Positions 37,403-49,189 of a stretch of 64,000 nt of DNA are shown here, piece after piece; position 1 is the first letter of the stretch, and the number at the start of each line of letters is the position of its first letter. The notes beneath the pieces were generated by a model. It did no database searches and was not told the DNA's origin. It saw nothing but the letters and a program-made list of their open reading frames with translations. Position numbers and translations under genes: made by a program. Origin of the DNA: Mobula hypostoma (Eukaryota); NCBI RefSeq assembly GCF_963921235.1, contig NC_086106.1, forward strand, positions 25,296,001 through 25,360,000, in the 5' to 3' direction.

Positions 37403-39744
37403 AGAATGTACTGACGTTAATTGACTGTCTTCTTCTCCTCCTACTCAATCTCTCTCTCTCTCTCTCTCTCTCATTCTCTCTCCTTATCTCTTCGCTTTCC
37501 CATTCACCCCTTCGCCCTCTTTCCATCCGCTATCACTTTTTTCTCTCTTCCACAATGTACTGTATTTTACTTACTCCTTCACTGTCCGATATCTCTCGCT
37601 GTCTCACTTCATCTCTCTGACGTCCGCCTCTCTATGTACTCATCCTATTCGACTCCCTCAGTTTCTCTCCGTCACTGTCAAGTCCTCCTTCCAATCCCTA
37701 CAATATCGATCCTTCGTTGAGATCTTTCCCATCCACCTCTCCGCAGCCCCTCTCCCAGATGCAGAAAACGGCCCCAGATAAATGAGTAACAATATAAAAT
37801 TGTGATACGAAGAATTTCTTCCAGCGGATACCTCTTCCAATCCTCTCTCACAAAGGGCTGCGGAGGCAGTGATTTCCTTTAAAACACAGAGATTATGTTT
37901 GCATCTTCAAGGAATCGGGAATATGTGCAAGCTTCTGTAAAATATAAACAAAGATTATTGAGCGGTCTCGACCGACTCAGATAGATTGGTCTTTCTCTGC
38001 TCACCTTTGATTGTAAACGTGGAACTAGTCCTGGTTACAGCGACAACTCCTCGTTGTTCAAGTGTCCAGTGTCTACGTCTCGCATACTTACAAAACAGAG
38101 TAGGGAGCTACTGCAACAATGTTTTACGAAAAGGGAAATCCCGACAACAAATATTTTTAGGTGAGCTGGATGTTCTTTCACCAGAATATCGGGCATGTTC
38201 GATGTTTTATGAGCTATGGTTGCTTGCATGCTGAAGAAACAGCTATGATCGAGCAGTTTGGGTCTGTATCTGAAATCACAGGGATTGACAATGCTGGTGT
38301 TAAATCCATGTGAATTTTGAGAGGGCAGGTGAGGACAACAGCAGGGAAAATACATTCCCTTCTGAGGGCAGTTGAGACAAAGCGTCTTCGATAGGATTGA
38401 GAACAATGACTTCATATGTTCTGGTGGAGAATGTAAGATCGATGTTACAAATTTATAAAACTATGATTGAACGGCACCTGGAGAATTGAGTATTCCGGCT
38501 GCTGCTATAAAATGGAGGAGAAATAACATGTAAGGGAACATACAGTAGAAAGTGGGTTTACATGTGGTCAGGAGCAGGAAGATGATAGGTGGAGTCAACA
38601 AAGTCCTTAACAGATAAGATACGAAAGGAAGGCAGTGATTATAACCAAATGAGGGTGAGATGGTGGCCCAATGGGAATACCTGGATCGAGGGGCAAAGGT
38701 TCCCGGGCAAGATATGGGACTGAGGACGTTGAATGCTTGAAGACAGATAGGGAGGGTAAAGAACCTTGGCGACAAAGAGCTGGATGATGCTTAGAGATAA
38801 GAGACGTGCGAGGGAAATGGGCCAGTCAGAAGAGATGAGAGAACGAAAAGTGATGGGATACATGAAATTGCAATTCTTATTTATCATGCGGTGGGATTTC
38901 AACTCACCAGGCGAAACATGGGATAAAGTTCCACTAATTTCATTGGCTTTATCTGTGCAGATAAAGAGATCGAATACAGATCAAGAACAAGGATTCACAC
39001 TACTTGATATCGAGAGTATGCCGCTGGAGGTAGTTTAATTATTTATGTGTTTGTTTAGTTATTTGTTATTTGGTGATATATCCCACAACAGTCCCTCCGG
39101 TCAACATTTTTCAATCATCCAGCATTGACCGAGTTATTCAATGTCAGCAAGTGTTCATCCAGCTGTTCCTTTTTTTTTAGCTGTTTGGGAGCCAACCTGC
39201 TATCCACTACAATAGACTCATCAAAGCACATTCTGTATAGCCAGCACGCTCTTCGTAAAAAAAAACTCACATCGTTATGCCCCTTGTAATTACTTCCAAT
39301 CGCATTAAAATATCGTAATCTCGCATTACCCATTTCCACCTATTTAACCACCGACGTGAATGGAACTAATACACTCTATGTTTATTTATCATTCACTCTA
39401 ACCATATTCTATTTTCCAATCTCACCCTTTCCTTCTTCGTTCTATTTCAATTAACACTTCATTTCCTGCAATGCATCTCCTCCTTTCTTCCCCATTTTGT
39501 TACTGTCCAATATTTCCTTCGCTATATCACTCAGTGCATCTCTGTCTGTATCTGTATTTCAATCTGCGATTTTAGTAAATGATAAATGTTGCGTTAAACT
39601 CGTTGTGGCAACATCGTTTAATCCAACGCCAGTCCACGCTGTATTAATTTTCAATCCGTAAAAGAATCATCTATTTATCTGCACTTTTAGGAAGCTAATG
39701 CTAATAGACCGTACATGAAATTTATCTTCATAAGAAGCATTTAC

Positions 39745-40271
39745 AGAGAACGGAGAAGGTTTACTAAAATATTACAGAGAGTACAGAGAAGGCTTACCAG
39801 AATGTTACCAGGGCTTCATCACCTAAGTTACAGAGCAAGATAGAAAAAGTTGGTTCTTTATTCATTGGAACGTAGACGGTTGGGGGGAGGGGGTCTTGAT
39901 AGAGGTATTTAAAATTATGAGAGGGATATATAGAGTTGACGTGGACAGGCATCTTCCATTGAGAATGGGGGAGATTCAATCAAGAGGACATGAGTTGAGA
40001 GTTAAAGGGCAAAAGTTTAGGGGTACCAGGAGGGGGGACTTCTTTACTCAGAGAGTGGTGGCTATGTGGAACGAGCTTCCAGCAGGTGTAGTTGAGGCAG
40101 GTTCGATGTGGTTGTTTAAAGTTAAACTGGACAGCTATAAGGACAGGAAAAGAATAGAGAGTTATAGGCTGAGTAGAGTTCGGCGGGGCTAGGTTAGAGT
40201 AAGAGTTCGGCATGGACCTCAAGGGCAGAGATGACTTGTTTCCATGCTGTAATTGTTATATGGTTATATGC
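39745..40271 (+). mobile_element. 5'-truncated CR1 3' end
   Basis: IEVFKIMRGIYRVD...RGDFFTQRVVAMWNELP followed by a short TATGGT/TATG tail; absent at the paralogous site near 30550. Confidence 0.88.
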
Positions 40272-40602
40272 TATGACAGCAAATCCAATGCTGTCTAGTT
40301 ATTTGCAACCTCAGTATCTCTAGGTTGCACTCATCTTCACTTTAACCCCTCAAGGAAGTCAAAAATGAAATCCAGCAAAGAATTAACACAAGATATTCTT
40401 ATAAACATCAGAGAGACATGGACACCACCACATAGTAGAAATGTTTCGAAAAGCTGCCACAATATCCCGGGGTAAAGCTAAATTCGAGATGTGATCCGCA
40501 TCTCAAGATTTAGTCGCATTTTGCTGCTGAATGTAGCATTTCAAATCGACCACGTGTTCGTCATGCTTTTTGCGTACAGCTGTTCCAGTTCCCCAGCAAA
40601 CG

Positions 40603-40616
40603 GCGCCCTCCAGTGA
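40603..40616 (-). promoter_or_regulatory. CTCF-like motif 12 bp 3' of the RSS nonamer
   Basis: TCACTGGAGGGCGC. Confidence 0.65.
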
Positions 40617-40628
40617 TCACGTAACGCT

Positions 40629-40967
40629 GGATTTTGTCCAGACCCGCTGCTTCCCTGCACCACTGAGAGGTCCTTTGTACAGAGGTAGTTTATACACCAG
40701 AGTCAGGGACAAGAATTCCAGAGATGCGTAAATGCGCTGACTCTGCGTCTGTGCATAGCAGCTGCAAACGTCGCCGGACATTCTGAGGCATCTCCAGTTT
40801 TCCTCAGCCATAGAGCTTCAGCAGTTTTTAGGACATTCTCCGCGATGCTGAATATATCAAACGTGTTTGTCTTAGTTCGTGTGTAACTGTATTTCAGTGT
40901 TATCAGCTGACTTTCGTCAGCCGATAATATAGGAGCATCCTGATCACAGAATTATACTTTCTCGTTC
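40629..40967 (-). pseudogene. V pseudogene family B, copy 3 (leader deleted)
   Basis: RSS CTCAGTG-23-ACAAAATCC; first Cys>Tyr; frameshifts; sequence just past the acceptor joins the 3' flank of the next V. Confidence 0.85.
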
Positions 40968-41465
40968 CTGCAATAAAGAAGAGATACTCTTTCAGATAAT
41001 CCGTTGGATTATCTAATACTCAGTATAAATCATGAGTAGCTGTTATATCTTCCTTAATTTAATGGGTTGCTCATTTCTCGGTTTCGTTAGCATGCCACTT
41101 GCAATTCTTTGGCATTCTGGAAGCACCAGTTTTGCCACCCTCTGTTCTCCATTGAGCACTTTATATATATCCCGGTTTCACCCCATGAGTTTTATTTTTC
41201 CTTGCAAACAATCGAACAAAGTGCCAAAGACAATGTCAGTCAAGGCTGTTCATCGTTATATACCCCTACAGTAAAAAAAAGATGGGAGAAAGCACTTTGC
41301 ATTATTCAGGAAATGAATTGCAAATTTTCAGTTCGGTTGCGCCTTGTAATCAGCAACTGTTCCTTCAGCTTCGGCGCCTTGTGCTGCTGCTTACAGCGCG
41401 CTTAAGCAGGGCACGTGACCATGGATGATTTCCGGGTGCACCCCTTCCAGATTCGCCGTGAAAAG

Positions 41466-41479
41466 GCGCCCTCCTGTGA
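41466..41479 (-). promoter_or_regulatory. CTCF-like motif 24 bp 3' of the RSS nonamer
   Basis: TCACAGGAGGGCGC. Confidence 0.65.
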
Positions 41480-41503
41480 GAGTTTTTTGCATCATTGAGG
41501 ACT

Positions 41504-41542
41504 AGTTTTTGTCCGGACTCGCCGTCGCCATACAACAGTGTG
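41504..41542 (-). promoter_or_regulatory. 23-bp-spacer recombination signal sequence
   Basis: CACACTG-23-ACAAAAACT. Confidence 0.92.
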
Positions 41543-41962
41543 GTACTCACTGCACAGAGATACCAGCCAGAGTCCGACAGGAGAGCTTCATGGATATTTA
41601 ATTGAGCCGTCTTGCTGTCTTTCTGCATACTAGCGGTAAGCCGATTCATTCGATCCATTACTTTAGGGCTAGATACCTCCAGCAAATAATGTGGAGGTTC
41701 TCCACCATGTTGAATGTACCAAAAGATATATGGATTACTGTAAGTGTAATTACAATTCAGTGTAATGTTCTGTCCTTCCGTGGCCGTTAAGTCGGGAGGA
41801 TCCTGCGTCACTGAATCTTTCCCACTCGCTCCTGCAATAAAAGACAGAATACATCAACAACGCCGGCTTGTATTGAACGCCGGGGAAATTCACTGGCCAA
41901 CTTCGCAGACACTCACCAGCCAGCATAGCCAATGCAATCATGAATAAACAGAGGGAAATCAT
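41543..41962 (-). CDS. TRAV: Intact TCR alpha/delta V segment (leader 41917-41962; intron 41832-41916; V exon 41543-41831)
   Basis: MISLCLFMIALAMLA/GASGKDSVTQDPPDLTATEGQNITLNCNY...IFWYIQHGGEPPHYLL...SDSGWYLCAVST; GT-AG intron; RSS present. Confidence 0.9.
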
Positions 41963-42029
41963 GGTGTATAATTTCTGACTGAATCGAACGTCACCTGCCT
42001 TCCAGGACGTAACTATCACTCAATAGAGA

Positions 42030-42170
42030 TTGTGGTGTGAGATCCTTTCAGCGATACTTTTCATCATATTTAAGAGCGGGTGTGTTTTCCAGGTTAAAAG
42101 ACTGACTGACGCAATATACCGCGATTTTCTGAGCACCAATCAGAATATACTTTTTTTCCATACGTCATTC
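42030..42170 (-). promoter_or_regulatory. Conserved V promoter block (RUNX-like TGTGGT ~42031, CCAAT 42136, CRE-like 42161-42167)
   Basis: Shared with the other family-A V upstream regions. Confidence 0.6.
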
Positions 42171-42221
42171 TGCTCTCCTGTTTCTCCGCTCTTTCAATGT
42201 CACGCGTTCTTCTCTCTCACT

Positions 42222-42265
<44 letters not shown>

Positions 42266-42709
42266 GTGTCTTACTGGCTTTGTTACCCTGTTCTCTGCAA
42301 AATCAGAACCTATTCAAAAACTTATCCAGGTATAATCATACCCAATTAAGCATTTTTCACATGGTCGCTTATTTGACATCGACAGTATCCCGCTGTAAGT
42401 AGTTTATTTATTTATTTATTTGTTTGTTTAGACAGTTATTTGGTGATAGTTCACACAATAGTCCCTTAGGTCAACATTTTTTAGTCTTCTGGTATTGAAA
42501 CACACGATGATATTACAGGCAACAGAGAGACATTGAGAACAACATATAGTAAAAATGCTTCGGAAAGCCGCCACAATATTCGTAGGCACATCTAAATTCA
42601 AGAAGTGATCCACAGGTTCGGGCGCATTTAGCTACTGAATGCAGAATTTCAAATCGACCACGTGATCTTCATGCTTTCCGCTGCAGCTGATCCATTTCCC
42701 CAGCAAATT

Positions 42710-42723
42710 GCGCCCTCTAGTGA
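42710..42723 (-). promoter_or_regulatory. CTCF-like motif 12 bp 3' of the RSS nonamer
   Basis: TCACTAGAGGGCGC. Confidence 0.75.
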
Positions 42724-42735
42724 TCACGTAATGCT

Positions 42736-43170
42736 GTTTTTTGTCCAGACCCGCTGCTTCTCTGAAGCACTGAGGGGTCCTTTGTACAGAGGTGCTGTGT
42801 ACACCAGAGTCCGGGACAAGAATGCCAAAGATACTTAAATGAGCTGACTCTGCGTTTGTGCCTAACAACTGTAAACCTCGCCGGACATTCTGAGGCCGCT
42901 CCAGTTTTGTTCAGCCATACAGCTTCAGCAGTTTTTTTTTTGGCGTTTATCCGGGATGCTGAGTGTATCAGACATGTTTGCCTTAGTTCATGTGTAACTG
43001 TTTTTCAGTGTTATCATCTGGCTTTCGTCAGCCAATAATTTAGGATCATCCTGATCACAGAATTGTCCTTTCCCTTTCCTGTATTAACGGATAGATTGCA
43101 GTGACTTCCCTGACTTGCACTGAACTGCGCTCTCGCTGGTGATGTGTGCATGGTCTTCGCTGTCATGATA
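42736..43170 (-). pseudogene. V pseudogene family B, copy 4 (V exon 42775-43078)
   Basis: RSS CTCAGTG-23-ACAAAAAAC; frameshifts; first Cys lost. Confidence 0.85.
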
Positions 43171-43351
43171 GCAAGTTAAACCTATAAGAAACTGAAAGAC
43201 ACATACTCACTCGCTTCACTTCGAAGGATTTCTCACCGCACAGTTAATGGACTGTAAAACGTATCAGAAATAGACTGAATGATGCAATGCTCAACGGTTG
43301 TTGGATAAACCCAGAACAAAGGCTATATGGGCACTAACCAGAATCCACTTA

Positions 43352-43562
43352 CAAACCCCATTTCCTGAAAAGTTGGGATATTTTCGAAAATGCAATAAAA
43401 ACAAAAGTCTGTGCTATGTTAATTCACGTGAACCTTTATTTAACTGACAAAATTGCAAATAAAAGATTTTCAATGGTTGTACTGACCAACTTAATTGTAT
43501 TTTGTAAATATACACAGATTTAGAATTTGATGGCTGTAACACACTCAACAGAAGTTGGGACT
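43352..43562 (+). mobile_element. Single Tc1/mariner IR/DR-type terminal inverted repeat
   Basis: TA|CAAACCCCATTTCCTGAAAAGTTGGGA... with the AAGTTGGGA direct repeat again at the inner end (~43552-43561); no transposase. Confidence 0.7.
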
Positions 43563-43829
43563 GGATGACTGGAGCTGGATGCTGCTTAGAGATAAGAGAC
43601 GTGCGAGGGAAATGGGCCAGTCAGAAGAGATGAGAGAACGAAAAGTGATGGGATACATGAAATCGCAATTTTTATTTATCATGCGGTGGGATTTCAACTC
43701 GCCAGGCGAAACATGGGATAAAGTTCCACTAATTTTATTGGCTTTATCTGGGTGATAAAGAAATGGAATACAGATTCACACTAATAGACTCTTGGCCAAA
43801 CACAACACGATAGGCCGAATTGCCTCCTA

Positions 43830-44090
43830 CTCTACCACAGTAACCGCAGCTTCCATTGCAGAGTTTCAGGTGGATTCGACGCAACCACGTACTGAGTGAT
43901 GGAAGAGCAACTGCATTCCTGGGAAAGAAAAATGCAAAATTCCGTGGGGAAAATAATGTCAGGATTCGCCGTCGCGGGAAAAGTGCGTGGACTGAATGCG
44001 TACCAATTCGTGGCGGAGTACGGCGCTGGTGACTTGGAAATTTCTGACCGTAACCCTGCGGCAAATTTAGTTACCTGCTCGAGCATTTTG
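43830..44090 (-). pseudogene. Possible V relic
   Basis: TGGTAC..ATTCAG (WYIQ-like), GACGGCGAATCCTGACATTATTT (~GGEPPHY) and HLKL...GYCGR. Weak. Confidence 0.35.
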
Positions 44091-45066
44091 GTGAAAGAAG
44101 TTGAAATGCTGATCATATAGACAAAGAGCTATACTGCACAGAAAGAGAGAGTTTGGCCCAAATCGACCTTGCTGATCAAGTTGCTTTACTTTGATAATCC
44201 TATTTGTTCAAGTTTCGCCACATCCTTCACGTAGCCCCAATGTCTATTGCCTTTAAAAGTTTTCAAATGTGAATATATATCTAAATATATATAGCTATAT
44301 AGGTAAATATATACATGTAAGTATGAACCTTAAAGAAGTACCCAAAGGGATTACATCCCTGACCTCACACGACATCCGAGGATGAATGTGATCAGCCGAA
44401 GCGATTTACATTGATGTGCCAGATGTTCTCGAGTACCCGGGTTTCTGTAATGTGACCTCCTCGTGCGACATTAGTAACATTCTGGCTTCTCCACGATAAC
44501 CTTTTTTTTCAGACATTTGCACGTTGTCATCTTAGCAACAGTCTTCAGAATGCGTCGACCGCGGGACATTTGCTCAGACACACACACGCGCCCGCGCGCT
44601 TTCTCACAATGCTGCGAGCACAGCCCACCAACGAGATACAGTTGAAGATGTTTGATCAGATTGCAAAAATGGAACCCGCGAAACACCGTATTGGATGTTG
44701 CTAGAGGCCAATACTTAGATCCCATGTAGATGACTTGGAAGCGTAATTATGCACGTTTCTAAATTAGTCCTGCTCCTATCTGAAGCTACAATCTGCTTTA
44801 TCATGAATACTACCAGCCGATTACCTGAGACAGACAACATAACTAGCCGTTAGGGCGATGGCCATGCGCTATGAGATTCAACATCATGAAGCGCGTCGAG
44901 TGGCCAGTCACGGCACACATAACTACAAATTGGGAGACTTCAACCTCCCAGGTAACTTCGGTCCGTTGTAGCTATCTACACGGAAACAAGTATGCTGAAT
45001 AAAATTTTACGGATGCTACTCTTGTCTCAGGATAATGAAGGCATCTAATCGTTGCATCACCCGTCC

Positions 45067-45396
45067 GGTTTTTCTCGATGCCCACTGTCTCCCTGCATCA
45101 CTATGAGATCCATGGCGTAGAGGCAAACGCCGAATTCAACTTGAGAGCTCCTCAGGCATTCAGAGGAGCCACTTGGCTGACTTTCTGCAAACTAGCGGAA
45201 AATCTCATCTGATATTCCGGAGAGCGCTCAAGATTTCGTAATCCATATACGAAATTTTGGAGAGTCTCGTGATGCGAGTGTACCAAGAACTGTTTGCAGC
45301 AGTGTAATTATGATTACATGACAGTCTTAAGGCCGACGATCTTGCTCAGCTGTTATTTAAGAGAGTGCTGAGTTACTGAATCGTTCGCTCTTATTC
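45067..45396 (-). pseudogene. TRAV-like pseudogene (V exon 45106-45396)
   Basis: IRANDSVTQ; WYT; RFSASLQKVSQVAPLN; RSS CATAGTG-23-AGAAAAACC; stops. Confidence 0.75.
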
Positions 45397-45509
45397 CTTC
45401 AAAAATGGTCAGAATTCAAGAACATAGTAACATACAGAAATGCTGGAGGAACTCAGCGGGTCAGGCTGCATCTCCCGAAAGGAAGAAACAGCCCGCCGTC
45501 TTTTTGAGG

Positions 45510-45810
45510 AAGTGCCGTCTACATGGCTTTGAGATACACAGGGGTGCTCGACACGAGAGCTCTAGCGATATGGAAATGAGCCGTTTTGTTATATTGCTTC
45601 AAACTGGCTGCAAATCTATCTGGAAATTTGTTGAGCGGCTCCATCTTGTCTGGCTTATGTTTCTTCAACAGATATTATGGGGATTACGTACGAAGCTGAG
45701 TGTAGCAAAAATCATGTGCATTAGTGATTGTGTAAGTACAGTTAACTTTTCTGACCGCCTGAATTCATCTTCAGCCACTAATTAAATAGAATCCTGTATC
45801 ACGGAGTCTC
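45510..45810 (-). pseudogene. TRAV-like pseudogene, RSS lost
   Basis: GDSVIQD...NCTYT...FPDRFAASLKQYNKTAHFHIARALVSSTPVYL; several stops. Confidence 0.75.
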
Positions 45811-46722
45811 CGTACTCCCCCCGCCCCCCCCCCACCCCCCTCTCTCTCTCTCTCTCTCTCTCACTCCAACTCGCTGTGCACACAGCAATGGGAGCCATGT
45901 GTTGCCGGTTCCTGCCTCTCCACCTACATGTTTGCAGATAACACCACGGTGGTGCGATGTGAATCCAATAACGATTAGACGCAGTACAGGAATGAGAAAA
46001 AGATTTTAGTAACAAGGTGTCAAGAGGGCAGCCTGCACTGAATGTCAACAAACCAAAAGAGCTGCACAGCAGAGGGCGAGAGTATGCAGAATTCATTTGG
46101 AACGAACATCACTGAAAACACGTCTATATCCAACTACAAGCAGGCCACATCCGGAAATGCTCCGCAGTGCGTCGACTTCGACAGAGGCTAAAACTATCTG
46201 GCACGACTTTCCATCTTCAACAATTGATATCAAGGCACCATAGAAGCAACCTATCCAGATTCATCATGGTCCATTCTGCGCTATCCGATAGAGCATAAAT
46301 TTCAGGCTCTTGGATACAGCTTAGCACATCACAGAACCAAACCATTGATAACCTTGGACTCTAAAAGGTCATCTCGCAAATTCGGTAAAGAGCCATTGTA
46401 AACAAAAACCGATCCGCTCCACGCCCAATCCATGATGCAAGTGCTTCTGGAATTAAGCATTGAGGAAGCTGCTGGGCTAATTTTTTGCTGCAGTCGGGAT
46501 CTTGACGAATCGCACAGAATTGCCTTTCAGGTACCTGGTGAATGCGTTGCATGTCTACTATTTGGGTACGTGTTGAATTCAAGAACTGTTGCAAGCCTGG
46601 ACGCTTTTACTGCTTTTTCTGCCCAGCGGAACCAGTGACTCTCGCAAATCTCTGGTTACGCCACTTTCAATTTCTCGGGAAAAGGTACGTTTTAGTGAGC
46701 TCTTATGATATAACCCATGGTT

Positions 46723-47070
46723 CATTTTTGTGCAGGCCCGTGGTCACCCTTTCTGCAACAGTACGGGCTCTGTGGTACAGAGATAAATTGCGGAGTCCGA
46801 TACAAGAGCTTCAGACATACCCAAATTCAAACATTTTCTCGATATCTTTCTGCAATCATGCGGTAAGCATGACCGGTTGTTCTGCAGCTGGTTCCATTTT
46901 TCCTGAGTTATATACCTTGAAGAAGTATTTTGGGGATTCTCCGCGATGCTGAATGTATTAGAAAATGCGTGCATTACCGCAGCTACATTTGCATTTCAGT
47001 TTGATCTACTGGACGTGCTCAACGGTCATTTCTCGCGTGTCCTTCGCGACTGAATCTTTCCAACTTATTC
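46723..47070 (-). pseudogene. TRAV-like pseudogene (V exon 46766-47070)
   Basis: ISWKDSVAKD...KLKCK...F*YIQHRGESPKY...SEALVSDSAIYLCTTE; degenerate RSS. Confidence 0.8.
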
Positions 47071-47949
47071 CTTCAGTCCAGGATAAAATGGATGAACAGC
47101 ACCGTATTATCTGGAACCAACAGGACACGCACTGTCCGCCTGTAGAGAAACTCAATGGGAAGACAAAAAAGGTAATCATTAAGGAGCAGAGGAACCTTAT
47201 CCTTTCTGGTTGCTGCACATACCGAAAGGCACATTTATTTCAAGAAAATAATGCTACTGGACTGATATTGGGCGGTGAAATCAGATTCACTGTACATTTA
47301 ATGTTCTGTAATCCTGTGATGCTTTTCTCTCTCATGGATTGGCTACGAGCACGAAGCTGGTCCTACGTGTGCACAGATCAGAACACAGTTGTTTCAATCC
47401 CTCCGTTTATTTCTCCTTGTTTTTATGATCCATTATCTCTCGCTTCTATCCACTCGCTTTGGTTCTTGCTCTTCCGACAAACTTTCTCTCTGGCGTTCAC
47501 TCTTCGTCAATTCTCTCCATCGGCAACTCGTTTTTTTTTGTTTTATTAATAGTCTCTCCCTCGCTCCTCACTGAGGTCTTTCTTCTTCTATGGCTCAACA
47601 TATCACTCCGTCCGTTCCCTCATTACTTCTTCCACCGCTCATCTCTCTTCTACGGGCTGCACGCCATTCCTCTTTCTCCCTTTCTATTACTCTTCCATTC
47701 CCACTTGCTTCCCTGCCCTCTGTCTCATCCCGTTCTGTCGCTCTACACCTCTCTCTGCCATCATTGCTTTCGGTCTATCTCTGTTGCCTTCATTCATTCG
47801 TTCACTTTCTCTCATTTCTCAGGATTTCCCTCTCTATATCTCTTGACCGACTTCTTGCTCCTTTGCAGACAATATTATTTCCTTCCGTTCCTCTGAACCA
47901 AAACGCTATCTACCTTCAGTCACATTTCGCTCTCGGTGTGAGTGGGGAG

Positions 47950-48293
47950 GATATAGAACTCGGGAATGCAGGCGAATCTCTTATCCTCTTGTATCTAGAG
48001 ATGAACATTGTATACACTTGTTCGATGATTTTTCACGGTGTTAGACGTACCACATATAGGCTCTGATATTTTGCCGAGTACCTGCAGCTCAGCGATACTT
48101 CTGCTCTTCCTCGGTCATTAATTCCCTCGAACCCGGGGTCGCCGAATCTAGCCCACTCGTACCTCTAACAAATGCCGATGTGTGTCAGCGATACCGGACA
48201 ACACAGACCTCGAATGACAGACGTTCACCAATTAGACATGGACTCGCCAGGCTGAGCAGCCATCGGGATCAGCAAATTGCACAGAAGGCACAT
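47950..48293 (-). pseudogene. V pseudogene, 5' half (leader 48248-48293, GC donor, 85-bp intron)
   Basis: MCLLCNLLIPMAAQPG|GCGAGT; GTSGLDSAT...LSCRYS...WYV*HR. Confidence 0.75.
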
Positions 48294-49189
48294 GGTGTCC
48301 TGTTCAAATTCAAAGGAACATCATGAAAATGTTACCGCGATTGAGGCGAATGGGTCCATCTCAGAACCTTCAGTCGGTCATCTGTTCAAGTAGAGGAGAT
48401 GATGGACCAATCAGAAAAACCATGTGCTATTACAGTTTTTCTCCGTCCTTTCCACACGTCCTTCATCTGTTCTCAGTTTCAAACGCCCCTCTTTCTATTT
48501 TCCGTTATCGCGTTCTCTCTGCGCTCTCTCTCTCTCTCGATCTCTCTCCCTGAGTTCTTTCTTACTCCCTCCTTCCCCTTCATTTTATCTTTCCCTTTCT
48601 CTTCCCTACCCTGATTTGCTTTTTCCTTTTTTTATTTTTTTTCTCTCCATCTCTGACCATAACATCTTCCGTATATCTTTTCCCTCCGCTCTTTTCCATA
48701 GATACTGCATTGTCTATCCTGTACCTCCAGCGTTATGTGCGCTGTAAAGAATGCAAATGAATCTCCATTGATCAAACGCCTGGTCGATTCCCTGCGGCTG
48801 GCGACAATAATACCGTAACTAGTCCTGGTGATATGGATGACTGTTCACTGTCAAGCATCTCGGTGACACCTCTCGCGTACTCTCTCAGAGAAAACGATTG
48901 GGATAGTTAGGGCAAAGAAAAATTGATAGGATTCAGAGAAAGCAAAAGTAAGGTCACAGTATGTAATAGATACTCCTAGTACAAACTTACAAAACAAGAA
49001 TTAGATCCCCCTTGAATTCTTATTTGAGGACCCGATAGCAGAAAAAGGAAGAGTACAGCCTGCAACAGCGGCTAGTCGGTGATACATCTCGCAAAATAAA
49101 AAAAAAATGCTTCAGTTAATGTGATTAGAGAGAATGGACGAGGTGAGTGCAATCACATAATGGAGAGAAATTGAGTCGTTAAGAACAGT

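Noticed and set aside
46130-46480. Scattered LSDSA-like and splice-like motifs
   Set aside because: Too fragmentary to call a V relic.
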